From Clostridiaceae bacterium (lineage in GTDB: Bacteria; Bacillota; Clostridia; Acetivibrionales; DTU013): a DNA stretch of 64,000 nt. Shown in pieces: positions 1 to 8,600 of the stretch. The translations under genes were made by a program, and so were the position numbers. Positions within the stretch are counted from its first letter, which is position 1. Each line of letters opens with the position of its first letter. Under the pieces are notes generated by a model. The model saw nothing but the letters and a program-made list of their open reading frames with translations. It made no database searches and was not told where the DNA came from. The stretch spans positions 3,154 through 67,153 of the forward strand of contig JAAYPO010000068.1 of assembly GCA_012519745.1 (NCBI GenBank), given 5' to 3'.

Positions 1-788
1 AAAATGAAATAGAAGAGCATATGTTCACGGCATTGGAGGAAAGGGAATTCCTGGTCTTCCTGCAGCCGAAGTTCGACCTGCATACCGGCAGGCAGGCCGG
101 CGCAGAAGCGCTGGTGCGCTGGATGCATCCCGAAAAGGGACTGCTGTATCCCGGCCGTTTCATCAGCGTGTTTGAAAAGAATGGATTTATAGTCAAGCTT
201 GATATGTATATGCTCGATGAAATATGCCACCGCCTCAAGATATGGATCAGCAAGGGCTACCACCCGATGCCCATATCCCTGAATATTTCCAGGCTGAACC
301 TTTTCGATGAAGAATTCGTACCAAAGCTCATTGCCACGCTGGAGCAGTATGGCATCCCGGCAAATCTGGTACAGCTGGAGATGTCCGAGCAGGTGGTCAC
401 CAACAATATAGGCAAGCTGTCATCTCTCATAGACCATCTGAAGGATTACGGGTTCCTGATATCTATCGACAACTTCGGCACCGGCACCACTTCAATGAAC
501 ACGCTGTATACGATACCTGTGGATGAGCTGAAGCTGGACCGCAAATTCCTGCTGGAGGTCGAGAAGACCGACAGGGGCAAGAATGTTATACAAAGCATCA
601 TAGAAATGGCGAAACGCCTCAATATCAATGTGGTATCCGAAGGCGTGGAAAACAAGGCCCAGGCAAGGATGCTCCAGGAGCTCGGCTGCGACATGATCCA
701 GGGCTTTGCATTCTCCGAGCCCATGCCCTTCAGGGAATACGAGAACTATGCCTTCGGCCCCAGAGCCGACGAAGTCAATATATGGTGA
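1..788 (+). CDS. EAL-domain protein (c-di-GMP phosphodiesterase family), probably 5'-truncated by the window edge
   Basis: The frame is open from nt 3, upstream of the first Met at 21. EAL-domain blocks occur in the expected order: FLQPKF, GAEALVRW, LNISR, QLEMSE, SIDNFGTG (DDFGTG with D->N), KLDRKF, SEGVEN, QGF. Confidence 0.85.
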   Translation, partial: NEIEEHMFTALEEREFLVFLQPKFDLHTGRQAGAEALVRWMHPEKGLLYPGRFISVFEKNGFIVKLDMYMLDEICHRLKIWISKGYHPMPISLNISRLNLFDEEFVPKLIATLEQYGIPANLVQLEMSEQVVTNNIGKLSSLIDHLKDYGFLISIDNFGTGTTSMNTLYTIPVDELKLDRKFLLEVEKTDRGKNVIQSIIEMAKRLNINVVSEGVENKAQARMLQELGCDMIQGFAFSEPMPFREYENYAFGPRADEVNIW

Positions 789-879
789 TGTTATAGGGGA
801 GGATCTGCTATCCCGGTGAACAGCCGTACCGTCTTTTGCATAATATGAATAAAGCATGTTATGTAAAGGGTGGATCAAT

Positions 880-1563
880 ATGGCGAATATTTTTGTATAT
901 AATAATCAGACGGGAGCCATGGAGCTCTATACACTGGCGGAATCTGATGCGATGCCCTACAATATCGGCAGGACGCTGACGGTGAATGAGTTCAGGGGCA
1001 GTTCCCGGGCAAATACTCTCTGGACGACAAGACGGGCTATGGAGGCTTTCAATATTACAAGGAGAGCATGGGGACGTCCTATATATGTCGGATTTGCTTT
1101 CAAGCGGATATGGGAGGGAGGACACGCTGCAATGTCACAGCATTATGCAGGCGTGTCTTTTGATGTCGGGCAGAACCTGGACAGCGTGACCAGGGATCAG
1201 CTCAGGAACACCGCTGCAGCTACAGGTGTGTGGACCTATGTGGAGCCTGCCTACCTGACTCCGACATGGGTGCACTTTGATGCCCGCGCAACACCGCCGG
1301 CATGTCCCGCGGGAGGTTATCCGCTGGTGCGTCAGGGAAGTGTGAACAATTATGTGCTGACGCTGCAGGATGCGCTCAATGCCCTGGGATACACCGGTTC
1401 AGGCCTGGACGGGATATTCGGCGGAGGCACAAGGAATGCTGTGGTGAACTTCCAGCGGGCACAGGGACTGTCCGCCGATGGAATCGTTGGATGCCAGACG
1501 TGGGAGAGACTCACAGAGCTTGCTGTATCCATTGGCCAGACACCTACGGTGGTATCGCCGTGA
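880..1563 (+). CDS. LAS/M15-family zinc peptidase with C-terminal PG_binding_1 domain (endolysin-like, no signal peptide)
   Basis: From ORF 856..1563, with the start moved to ATG 880 (AAGGGTGG RBS about 6 nt upstream). H-x6-D signature (SQHYAGVSFD) plus a distal His in WVHFD. C-terminal peptidoglycan-binding repeat LQDALNALGY..DGIFGGGTRNAVVNFQRAQGLSADGIVGCQTW. The N-terminus is hydrophilic. Confidence 0.6.
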   Translation: MANIFVYNNQTGAMELYTLAESDAMPYNIGRTLTVNEFRGSSRANTLWTTRRAMEAFNITRRAWGRPIYVGFAFKRIWEGGHAAMSQHYAGVSFDVGQNLDSVTRDQLRNTAAATGVWTYVEPAYLTPTWVHFDARATPPACPAGGYPLVRQGSVNNYVLTLQDALNALGYTGSGLDGIFGGGTRNAVVNFQRAQGLSADGIVGCQTWERLTELAVSIGQTPTVVSP

Positions 1564-1654
1564 CATCATATTATATAAATGGATCCACAAGCAAAAGCAG
1601 CCTAAAAAAGTAAACATAAAGAGGGAAAAGCAGTTTTGTGTCGAAATATATACT

Positions 1655-3820
1655 ATGTCATATTCTTATAGAGGGGCTATTGTGAGAAGGATATATGATA
1701 TTTCTGCGAGACTTTATGACAATCCTGCTGTATCAGCCGTAAGAAACGGACTCCTCATGATTTTTCCGATCATAATAATCGGTGCTTTTGCAGCGCTTTT
1801 TCAGAATCTGCACATACCGCAATATGACAGTTTTATGGCCGGTATCCTGGGAGCACAGTGGAGAACTGTCCTTCAGTTTATTATCGACATATCGAGCGGT
1901 ATAGTATCGACAGCGCTGACGGTCACAATCAGCTACTGTATGGCAGGCGGAACTGAAAAATCACTCAGCGGTTCAGTCATACCTGTTATTCCCTCAATTG
2001 TTTCTCTTATGTGCTATTTTGCCCTTACATTGGATACAAGCGGTGAGCAGGCACTTTATCCAATGTCTGCCGGAGGCCTGCCTGCTGCAATATTTACCGG
2101 CCTGGTCTCAGTCAAGCTCTTTACCGTTTTGTATGATCTTCTGAGAAGGAGGATCAATTATTCAGGTCTTGCCACAAGCAGGTACCTTACTCAGGTCCTG
2201 TTGTCCCTGGTTCCTGCTTTTGTCGTTATCACGATTTTCATTATGCTGCGGTACGCTGTTTTTAAGCTTGGTTACAGCGATTCCAACAGTGTCCTTGCAT
2301 ATTGGTTTGTCAGATTGTTTGATAATATCGGCAGCTTGCTTGCCAAACTGGTCATATACGCGCTGATCGTCCATTTATTCTGGTTTTTGGGGATCCATGG
2401 CAATATGATGCTGGGTCCTGTGATGAGAAGCGTTATAGATGATACTTTATCCTTTGAGCAGATAAGCATCATTACATCAGGTTCGTCATCATTTACTACA
2501 GGAGAGCTGACAATGACCTTTTTCAGCACATTTGTCTTTGTCGGAGGTGTTGGCTCGACCATATGTCTTCTTGCTGCCATCCTCATCACAAACAGGAGGA
2601 CCAACACTGCAAAGCTGGCACGATTATCGTTGCTGCCTGCACTATTCAATATTAATGAAATATTGGTTTTTGGTCTCCCGGTGATACTGAATCCTATATT
2701 CCTGATACCATTTTTACTGTGTCCCATAATCATGCTGCTTTTATCCTACCTGGCGATAATATCCGGCTTGCTTCCACCTGTATATCAGGCGGTTTACTGG
2801 GCAGCGCCGCCTATCTACAACGCTTATGCGGCCAGCGGCAGCATCATGGGCCCTGTTGTGCAGCTTTTGTGTATTGCCGTGGGGACCTTGCTGTACATAC
2901 CGTTTGTAAAGCTAAACGGGAAAATCGTTTCTGACAGGACAAAGTCCACATATCATGAACTGAAGAAGCAGATAGAGGAGTGCAAATATGGTGACGGGTT
3001 CTCTTTCCTCAAGAGAAACGATTCTGTGGGATTCCTGGCTTATGTGCTGTTCGGGGAGCTGAAAGCGGCCATCAGGGATGATAAATTGATGCTGGAATAC
3101 CAGCCCCTGGTAAATGACGAGCCTGGTGTCATTGGGCTGGAGGCGCTGCTGAGATGGCCTCATGATAAGTTTGGACGAATACCTCCTATAGTGGTAATAG
3201 CTATTGCAGAGGAATTCGGATGTATGGATGAGCTGGGCAGATGGGTGATCAAAACGGCATGCAGACAGATGTCTGTGTGGAATTCTGACGGCCACAGAGA
3301 TATCAGGCTGTCTATCAATGTGTCGCCTACACAGCTGAGGGATCCGGTACTTGCGGGGTATCTGGAGAAATGTATTAAAGAGAACGGCCTTAATGCAACC
3401 GATGTGGAACTTGAAATCACAGAGAACGTGGTGATGGATCTGGACAGCGGGACAAAGGAAAACATCGACAGGATCAAGACCTTCGGGGTCAAGCTTGCCA
3501 TGGATGACTTTGGTATGGGGTATACGTCGCTGCTTTACATCCGGCACTGCAATATCGACAGGATAAAAATCGACGGCTCGATCATCAGAGATATACTAAG
3601 GGATAAGAACTGTCAGGATATAGTCTCTTCCATGGTTTATCTGTGCAAATCACTGAATATCCAGGTAATAGCGGAGTTTGTAGAGAACGAGAAACAGTAT
3701 GCTCTTTTGAAAGAGCTTGGATGCAGTGAATACCAAGGATATCTTTTCAGCCCGCCGCTTCCGCCGGATAAGGTCCCGGACTTTTTGAATAAATTGAAGA
3801 GTGAGTATATTCAAGGCTGA
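1655..3820 (+). CDS. PTS EIIC (lactose/cellobiose type)-like membrane domain fused to an EAL c-di-GMP phosphodiesterase domain
   Basis: From ORF 1478..3820, with the start moved to ATG 1655 (MSYSYRG). The first ~440 aa are polytopic and hydrophobic and carry the EIIC type-3 hallmark FWFLGIHGNMMLGP. The C-terminal ~250 aa form a complete EAL domain: YQPLV, LEALLRW, SINVS, ELEITE, MDDFGMGYTS, KIDGS, AEFVEN, QGYLF. Confidence 0.8.
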   Translation: MSYSYRGAIVRRIYDISARLYDNPAVSAVRNGLLMIFPIIIIGAFAALFQNLHIPQYDSFMAGILGAQWRTVLQFIIDISSGIVSTALTVTISYCMAGGTEKSLSGSVIPVIPSIVSLMCYFALTLDTSGEQALYPMSAGGLPAAIFTGLVSVKLFTVLYDLLRRRINYSGLATSRYLTQVLLSLVPAFVVITIFIMLRYAVFKLGYSDSNSVLAYWFVRLFDNIGSLLAKLVIYALIVHLFWFLGIHGNMMLGPVMRSVIDDTLSFEQISIITSGSSSFTTGELTMTFFSTFVFVGGVGSTICLLAAILITNRRTNTAKLARLSLLPALFNINEILVFGLPVILNPIFLIPFLLCPIIMLLLSYLAIISGLLPPVYQAVYWAAPPIYNAYAASGSIMGPVVQLLCIAVGTLLYIPFVKLNGKIVSDRTKSTYHELKKQIEECKYGDGFSFLKRNDSVGFLAYVLFGELKAAIRDDKLMLEYQPLVNDEPGVIGLEALLRWPHDKFGRIPPIVVIAIAEEFGCMDELGRWVIKTACRQMSVWNSDGHRDIRLSINVSPTQLRDPVLAGYLEKCIKENGLNATDVELEITENVVMDLDSGTKENIDRIKTFGVKLAMDDFGMGYTSLLYIRHCNIDRIKIDGSIIRDILRDKNCQDIVSSMVYLCKSLNIQVIAEFVENEKQYALLKELGCSEYQGYLFSPPLPPDKVPDFLNKLKSEYIQG

Positions 3821-3917
3821 AAATATAGTATACTAATTTCGGCAGTATTATTGTCCCTGTGTATGTTTTTGTCAGCAGGGCATGATTAGCTGCAAATATG
3901 CAATTGCGAGGCTGGTT

Positions 3918-5111
3918 ATGGCAAAAAGGGTACCGTTGGCAGAGCTTGGAACCAGGATGGAGCGTTTCAGGGCAGTAATGGATGAGAAGGCGCCGGATTG
4001 GGAATTGGCGCTTGTTATAAGCAAAATAAATCAATATTATTTTACCGGCACCATGCAGGAAGGGCTGCTGTTCATACCGCGAAATGATGATGCAGTCTAT
4101 TTTGTGCGCCGAAGCTATGAAAGGGCTGTGGACGAGTCTGTGTTCCCTGCGCTCAGGCAGATGGAAACATACAGGGACGCGGCAGCGGCTATTGGAAAGC
4201 TGCCCGGGACGGTCCACATCGAAGCGGAGGTGGTTCCGCTTGCCATGTGTGAAAGGCTGAAAAAATACTTTGGATTCAACGATTTCAAGCCGGTGGATCC
4301 GGCCATATCCAGAGTCAGATCTGTCAAGAGCAGGTATGAGCTGGATTTGATGATCAAGGCAGGAGATATACACACAAGGGTGCTTGAGGAGCGAGTACCT
4401 CTGCTGTTCAGGAAAGGGATGACAGAGGGGGAGCTGACGACTGATATTTTCAGGGTCCTTGTCGAGGAAGGTCATCAGGGGCTGGCGCGTTTCAGCATGT
4501 TCGATACGGAAATACTCCTGGGGCATATAGCTTTTGGAGAAAGCTCCCTTTATCCCACCTACTTCAACGGTCCCGGAGGCAATTACGGCCTGGGGCCTGC
4601 TATGCAGCTAATGGGCAGCAGTGAACGCAGGCTTGCGCCCGGGGATCTGATATTCATCGATACCGGATGTGGCTATGAAGGCTATCAGTCCGATAAGACA
4701 ATGACCTATGTGTTTGACGGCGAACTGCCTGCACATGCGGTGGAAATACACAAAAGATGCCTCGGTGTTCAGGACAGGATAGCCGGTATGCTAAGGCCCG
4801 GAGAGACGCCTTCAAATATTTATAATACGATAATGCAGGATCTGGATGAAGCGTACCTCCCCAATTTTATGGGCTACAGGAGCAGGAGGGTGAAGTTCCT
4901 GGGACATGGCATCGGGCTGCAGGTGGACGAGCTGCCGGTGCTGGCAAAAGGCTTTGATGAGCCGCTGCAGGAGGGAATGGTCATTGCCGTGGAGCCTAAG
5001 GCGGGAGTGGAAGGTGTCGGAATGGTAGGGATAGAGAACACATTCCTGGTGACGCCCGAAGGAGGGAAATGCATCACCGGTACTCATCCGGGCCTGCTGA
5101 AAATAAATTGA
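3918..5111 (+). CDS. M24-family metallopeptidase (Xaa-Pro aminopeptidase / creatinase-like)
   Basis: From ORF 3882..5111, with the start at ATG 3918 (GAGG RBS about 7 nt upstream). Creatinase-like N-domain followed by a pita-bread fold with metal-ligand blocks IDTGCGYEGYQSD, GHGIGLQVDE, AVEP and GIENT. Confidence 0.75.
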   Translation: MAKRVPLAELGTRMERFRAVMDEKAPDWELALVISKINQYYFTGTMQEGLLFIPRNDDAVYFVRRSYERAVDESVFPALRQMETYRDAAAAIGKLPGTVHIEAEVVPLAMCERLKKYFGFNDFKPVDPAISRVRSVKSRYELDLMIKAGDIHTRVLEERVPLLFRKGMTEGELTTDIFRVLVEEGHQGLARFSMFDTEILLGHIAFGESSLYPTYFNGPGGNYGLGPAMQLMGSSERRLAPGDLIFIDTGCGYEGYQSDKTMTYVFDGELPAHAVEIHKRCLGVQDRIAGMLRPGETPSNIYNTIMQDLDEAYLPNFMGYRSRRVKFLGHGIGLQVDELPVLAKGFDEPLQEGMVIAVEPKAGVEGVGMVGIENTFLVTPEGGKCITGTHPGLLKIN

Positions 5112-5178
5112 TTGCATAATATCAGCGATTCATTCAAGACTATGTATATGAAAGATATTGCATAGAAGGAGAATGAAG

Positions 5179-5343
5179 ATGAAGGATAAGAGGAAGGACT
5201 ACAATCTTGGTGTGCCGGTGGAGAAGCACGATACTGCGGCATGGGCGAATGTCGAGAAGAAGAAATCCCATTCCAGGGTGCCCATACCATCTGAGTTTCA
5301 GATCATAAATGCCAAGCTCCATGTGGACGAAAACGAGAAATGA
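5179..5343 (+). CDS. small conserved hypothetical protein (54 aa; resembles clostridial DUF3787-type small proteins)
   Basis: From ORF 5158..5343. ATG 5179 is preferred (GAAGGAG RBS 7 nt upstream). The sequence HDTAAWANVEKKK..IPSE..INAKLHVDENEK recalls a small clostridial protein family, from memory only. A strong terminator follows directly. Confidence 0.4.
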   Translation: MKDKRKDYNLGVPVEKHDTAAWANVEKKKSHSRVPIPSEFQIINAKLHVDENEK

Positions 5344-5350
5344 AGAAAAC

Positions 5351-5381
5351 GGGTCGTGATCGCGGATCACGGCCCATTTTT
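5351..5381 (+). terminator. Rho-independent terminator, probably bidirectional
   Basis: An 11-bp stem GGGTCGTGATC/GATCACGGCCC (one G-U pair) with a 3-nt loop, followed by ATTTTTAT on the + strand. On the - strand the same hairpin is followed by GTTTTCTTC. Confidence 0.6.
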
Positions 5382-5397
5382 ATAGGCTCCTGTGTGG

Positions 5398-5626
5398 GGC
5401 TGGCCGGCGGCTGCAAACCGACATCGGCTCCGATCATGGACAGAATGTAATTATCCATGCTCGTTCTTAAGCGGGCGCTGATAAACCGGCATCCAGCCTT
5501 ATTATCTGCGCCTGCGGCATCCGTGCCGCATGTTGTGGGTCGTAGTGCCGCTTTCGAACTTCGCATGGATAAACATTCTGTAGCCATTCACTGCGCATGA
5601 TGTCGGTTTGCAGCCGCCGGCCAGCC
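5398..5626. repeat. 229-bp rod-like inverted-repeat element (candidate structured ncRNA or MITE) in the nifJ 3' region
   Basis: Perfect 28-bp arms: GGCTGGCCGGCGGCTGCAAACCGACATC (5398-5425) and its exact reverse complement (5599-5626). A second helix pairs ATGGACAGAATGTAATTATCCATGC with GCATGGATAAACATTCTGTAGCCAT. Inner local hairpins are GCGCTGATAA..TTATCTGCGC and GCGGCA-TCC-GTGCCGC. No credible ORF is present. Confidence 0.7.
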
Positions 5627-5657
5627 TTACTAGCAGGGGACGTCCCCTGCTTCCGTG

Positions 5658-8600
5658 CTATTGTCCGCAGAGGCGGCGGTACGCTTCGTAGCGGTCCTGG
5701 GCATGGGCCTCCGATTGCTGGAAGAGGTTTTCTGCCAGGTCGGGGAAGACGTTCATCAGCTGGGTGTAGCGCACCTCGCCGGTGAGGAAATCCCTGTAGG
5801 GTCGTTCCGGCTTCCTGGATTCGAGCTGGAACGGGTTTTTGCCTGCCTCACGCAGCTCCGGGTTGAACCGGTAGAGGTGCCAATAGCCCGTATCCACGGC
5901 CTTGCGCTCCTCTGCGATGCTGGTGCCCATTCCGGACTTGATGCCATGGGATATGCAGGGAGCATATGCAATGACCAGCGACGGTCCCTTGTAGTTCTCG
6001 GCCTCTGTCAGCGCCTTTATCGTCTGGTTCATATTGGCCCCCATTGCGATTTGTGCCACATAAACATATCCATAGCTCATTGCCATCATGCCAAGATCCT
6101 TTTTCTTCATGTGCTTTCCTGCAGAAGCGAATTTGGCTACTGCTCCGGCAGGAGTTGCCTTAGAGGACTGACCGCCTGTGTTGGAATATATTTCGGTGTC
6201 CAGTACTAATAGATTGACATCGGCTCCTGTTGCCAGGACGTGGTCAAGGCCTCCGTAGCCGATATCGTAAGCCCATCCGTCACCCCCTATTATCCAGAAG
6301 GATCTCTTGGTCAGATAGTCTTTTTTGCTCATTATTTCTTCCAGGAGCCTGTTGTCTTTCAAATCTGTCTCTGACAAAGCCTTGAGTACATTTGCAGAGG
6401 CAGCCTCAGAGGCTTCGCCGTCGTCCTTGGACTCAAGCCACGCACCGAAGGCCTGCTTGACTGAAGCCGGCAGCTCCTGCTCCATGCTTTGCCGCATCAG
6501 ATCGGCAATGCGCTCTCTTATTTGATTGACTCCAAGGTACATGCCGAATCCGAACTCCGCATTGTCTTCGAATAATGAATTGGCCCATGCCGGCCCTTTG
6601 CCCTTCGAATTTGTTGTGTATGAGATGGACGGAGAGCTGGCGCTCCAGATGGATGAGCAGCCTGTTGCGTTGGCTATCATCATGCGGTCCCCGAACAGCT
6701 GAGTGATGAGCCTGACGTAAGGAGTTTCACCGCATCCGGGACAGGCTCCGTTATATTCCAGCAGCGGCTGTACGAATTGGCTTCCCTTCAGCGTCTTTTT
6801 GTCCATGACATTTTCCTTTGGAGCCAGGGACAAAGAGAACTCCCAATTGTCGTCCTGTTTTTCTGTTTCCTCCTCTGCAGGCACCATTATCAGCGCTTTC
6901 TCGGAGGTAGGGCAGACATCGGCACAATTGCCGCAGCCGGTGCAGTCCAGTGGACTGACCTGTACTCGGAAGCGCATGTTTTCAAGCCCTTTTCCGGCTG
7001 CCTTCAGTGTAGTATAGTTTTCCGGCGCTTTAGCGGCCTCCTGCTCATCCAGCAGGAACAGCCGTATCGTAGCATGGGGGCATACATACGAGCATCTGCC
7101 GCACTGTATGCAGTTATTGGGCTGCCATTGGGGCAGCATTATTGCTATACCGCGCTTTTCATAGGCTGTGGTCCCCAGGGGATGTGTCCCGTCCTCTATG
7201 CCGTTGAAAGCGCTGACAGGCAGCTCATCTCCTTCATGGCGGGCCATGGGCCTTTGTATCCTGTGTATGAAATCCGGCAGTGTTTCAGGCGTCCTGCTCT
7301 CGTCGGGAGCATCGGCCCATTCTTTTGGTACGCTTACCTCGTGCAGTGCGCCGATGGAGAGGTCCACTGCCTGGTTATTCATGTCGACTATTTTCCTTCC
7401 CTTTCTTCCGTAGGCACTTTCGATGGAAGCCTTCAGATACTTTATCGCATCCTCCACCGGAATGATGTTTGCAAGCTTGAAGAACACTGTCTGCATAATC
7501 ATATTTATCCTGTTGCCAAGACCGATATCTCCTGCTATTTTTACTGCGTCTATAGTGTAGAAGCTGATATCGTTTTGGGCAATATACCTTTTCAGCTTTG
7601 CAGGGAGATTGGTTTCAAGCTCGTCTGCATTCCATGGGCAGTTCAGCACGAACACTCCCTTCTTTTTCAGGCCTTTAAGGATATCATAGTTGTACAGGAA
7701 CGACTTGTTGTGGCAGGCGATATAGTCTGCATTATATACGAGGTAAGGGCTCCTGATGGGGTTCGGCCCGAACCTGAGATGGGAAACTGTCGTACCGCCG
7801 GATTTTTTGCTGTCGTATGAGAAGTATGCCTGTGCGTAAAGGTCCGTATTATCTCCGATGATCTTTATCGCCGATTTATTGGCGCCCACAGTGCCGTCGG
7901 ATCCGAGGCCCCAGAACTTACAGCTGATGGTGCCTGCGGGTGTGGTTTCGATGATGTCTCCCTCCGGCAGTGAGGTATATGTGACATCGTCGACTATACC
8001 TATGGTGAACCCGTCCTTTGGTTCATTGCTCATAATGTTTTCAAATACCGCAGCTATCTGTGACGGGCGTGTATCCTTGGAGCCAAGACCGTATCTGCCG
8101 CCAATTATGAGAGGCTTCTGTCCGCTCACGCTGTAATACGCCTTGCAGACATCCAGATAGAGCGGCTCGCCGGGAGAGCCGGGCTCCTTTGTACGGTCCA
8201 GGACCGCTATTCCTTTCGCTGATTTTGGTATGGCATCCAGCAAATGCTTTTCTGAAAACGGCCTGTAGAGTCTGACCCTGACCGCACCTGTCTTTTTGCC
8301 CTCTGCATTCATATAGTCCACGGTTTCGTTGACAGTGTCACATACCGAACCCATCGCGATTATTACATATTCGGCATCAGGTGCTCCGTAATAATCAAAC
8401 AGATGGTAGCTCCTGCCGGTTGTCCGCTCTATATCCTTCAGGCAGTCTTCGACGATGGAGGGCACCCGGTCATAAAACTTGTTTGAGGCTTCTCTTCCCT
8501 GAAAGTATATATCAGGGTTCTGAGCTGTCCCTCTGGCAACAGGGTGCTCGGGATTCAGAGCCCTGTTTCTGAAATCGCTGACAGCCTGGATATCCACCAG

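Noticed and set aside
1478-1654. The upstream extension of the EIIC-EAL ORF (Met at 1478) and similar 5' extensions in the ORF track at 856, 3882, 11336, 13734, 30870, 41037, 55377 and 59420.
   Set aside because: These extensions overlap the preceding gene or intergenic terminators, encode non-conserved Arg/Lys-rich sequence and lack an RBS. Internal ATGs with good Shine-Dalgarno spacing coincide with the start of family-conserved sequence.
5303-5785. ORFs 5303..5587 (-), 5597..5785 (+) and 5655..6209 (+) around the inverted-repeat element and the nifJ 3' end.
   Set aside because: They are mirror-image open frames created by palindromic, GC-rich DNA, or shadow frames of nifJ. They have no RBS and a low-complexity, Arg/Gly/Pro-rich composition.
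6777-7820. Long antisense ORFs inside confidently called genes. Examples are the 347-aa ORF opposite nifJ, the 317-aa (45968..46921) and 335-aa (50240..51247) ORFs opposite the glucan-synthase-like gene, the 200-aa ORF opposite the GAF kinase, and the 256-aa ORF opposite glxK.
   Set aside because: In every case the opposite strand encodes a protein with unmistakable family motifs. The antisense translations are low-complexity (Ser/Pro/Arg/Cys-rich) and lack start-site signals, as is typical of shadow ORFs.
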